From the IMG/VR virus record IMGVR_UViG_2548876863_000003, positions 1-4,435 of that record: DNA of 4,435 nucleotides; one strand, given 5' to 3'. Origin of the DNA: a virus. Taxonomy: Duplodnaviria; Heunggongvirae; Uroviricota; Caudoviricetes. Both the position numbers and the translations under genes were made by a program. Positions 4,385-4,435 of the stretch are shown here, piece after piece. Position 1 is the stretch's first letter. The number at the start of each line of letters is the position of its first letter. The notes beneath the pieces were generated by a model. The model did no database searches, had not been told where the DNA came from, and saw only the letters and a program-made list of their open reading frames with translations.

Positions 4385-4435
4385 ATAAAAAACAATTAGC
4401 CATTCTCGAAAAGGCATGGGATGCACAAATATCAT
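4381..4435 (+). CDS. 5' end of a downstream gene of unknown function (MNKKQLAILEKAWDAQIS...), truncated by the window edge
   Basis: ATG 4381 overlaps the ren stop (ATGA) and has GGAGG (4369-4373) 7 nt upstream. The frame is open to the window end. Only 18 codons are visible, and they do not resemble lambda NinB as I recall it. Confidence 0.5.
   Translation, partial: MNKKQLAILEKAWDAQIS

Noticed and set aside
4157-4435. 92-aa minus-strand ORF
   Set aside because: Antisense to the Ren-like gene and the next gene start, both of which have RBSs and overlapping stop/start coupling.

Overview
This window is the immunity and early-right (replication) region of a lambda-like temperate phage or prophage, in lambda orientation. 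From left to right it holds a leftward CI-type repressor gene (104-757), a divergent operator/promoter region (758-874), cro (875-1090), a structured nutR-like leader (1083-1193), cII (1232-1528) with an antisense oop-like RNA at its 3' end, an HNH endonuclease gene (1550-2350), a replication-initiator gene with internal origin-like repeats (2362-3249), a DnaC/IstB-type AAA+ helicase loader (3252-4097), a Ren-like gene (4094-4384) and the start of a further gene (4381-). The region is strongly mosaic. The repressor C-terminal domain and the last ~20 codons of cII with the oop terminator are near-identical to phage lambda as I recall it, whereas the repressor DNA-binding domain, cro, the nut region and the whole replication module are different. 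The most unusual points are the HNH nuclease gene sitting exactly where lambda's O gene starts, with the oop promoter -10 overlapping its start codon, and DNA-level repeats inside the initiator gene that look like an embedded origin. All lambda comparisons are from memory, not from a search. No rRNA, tRNA, CRISPR array or transposon is visible.
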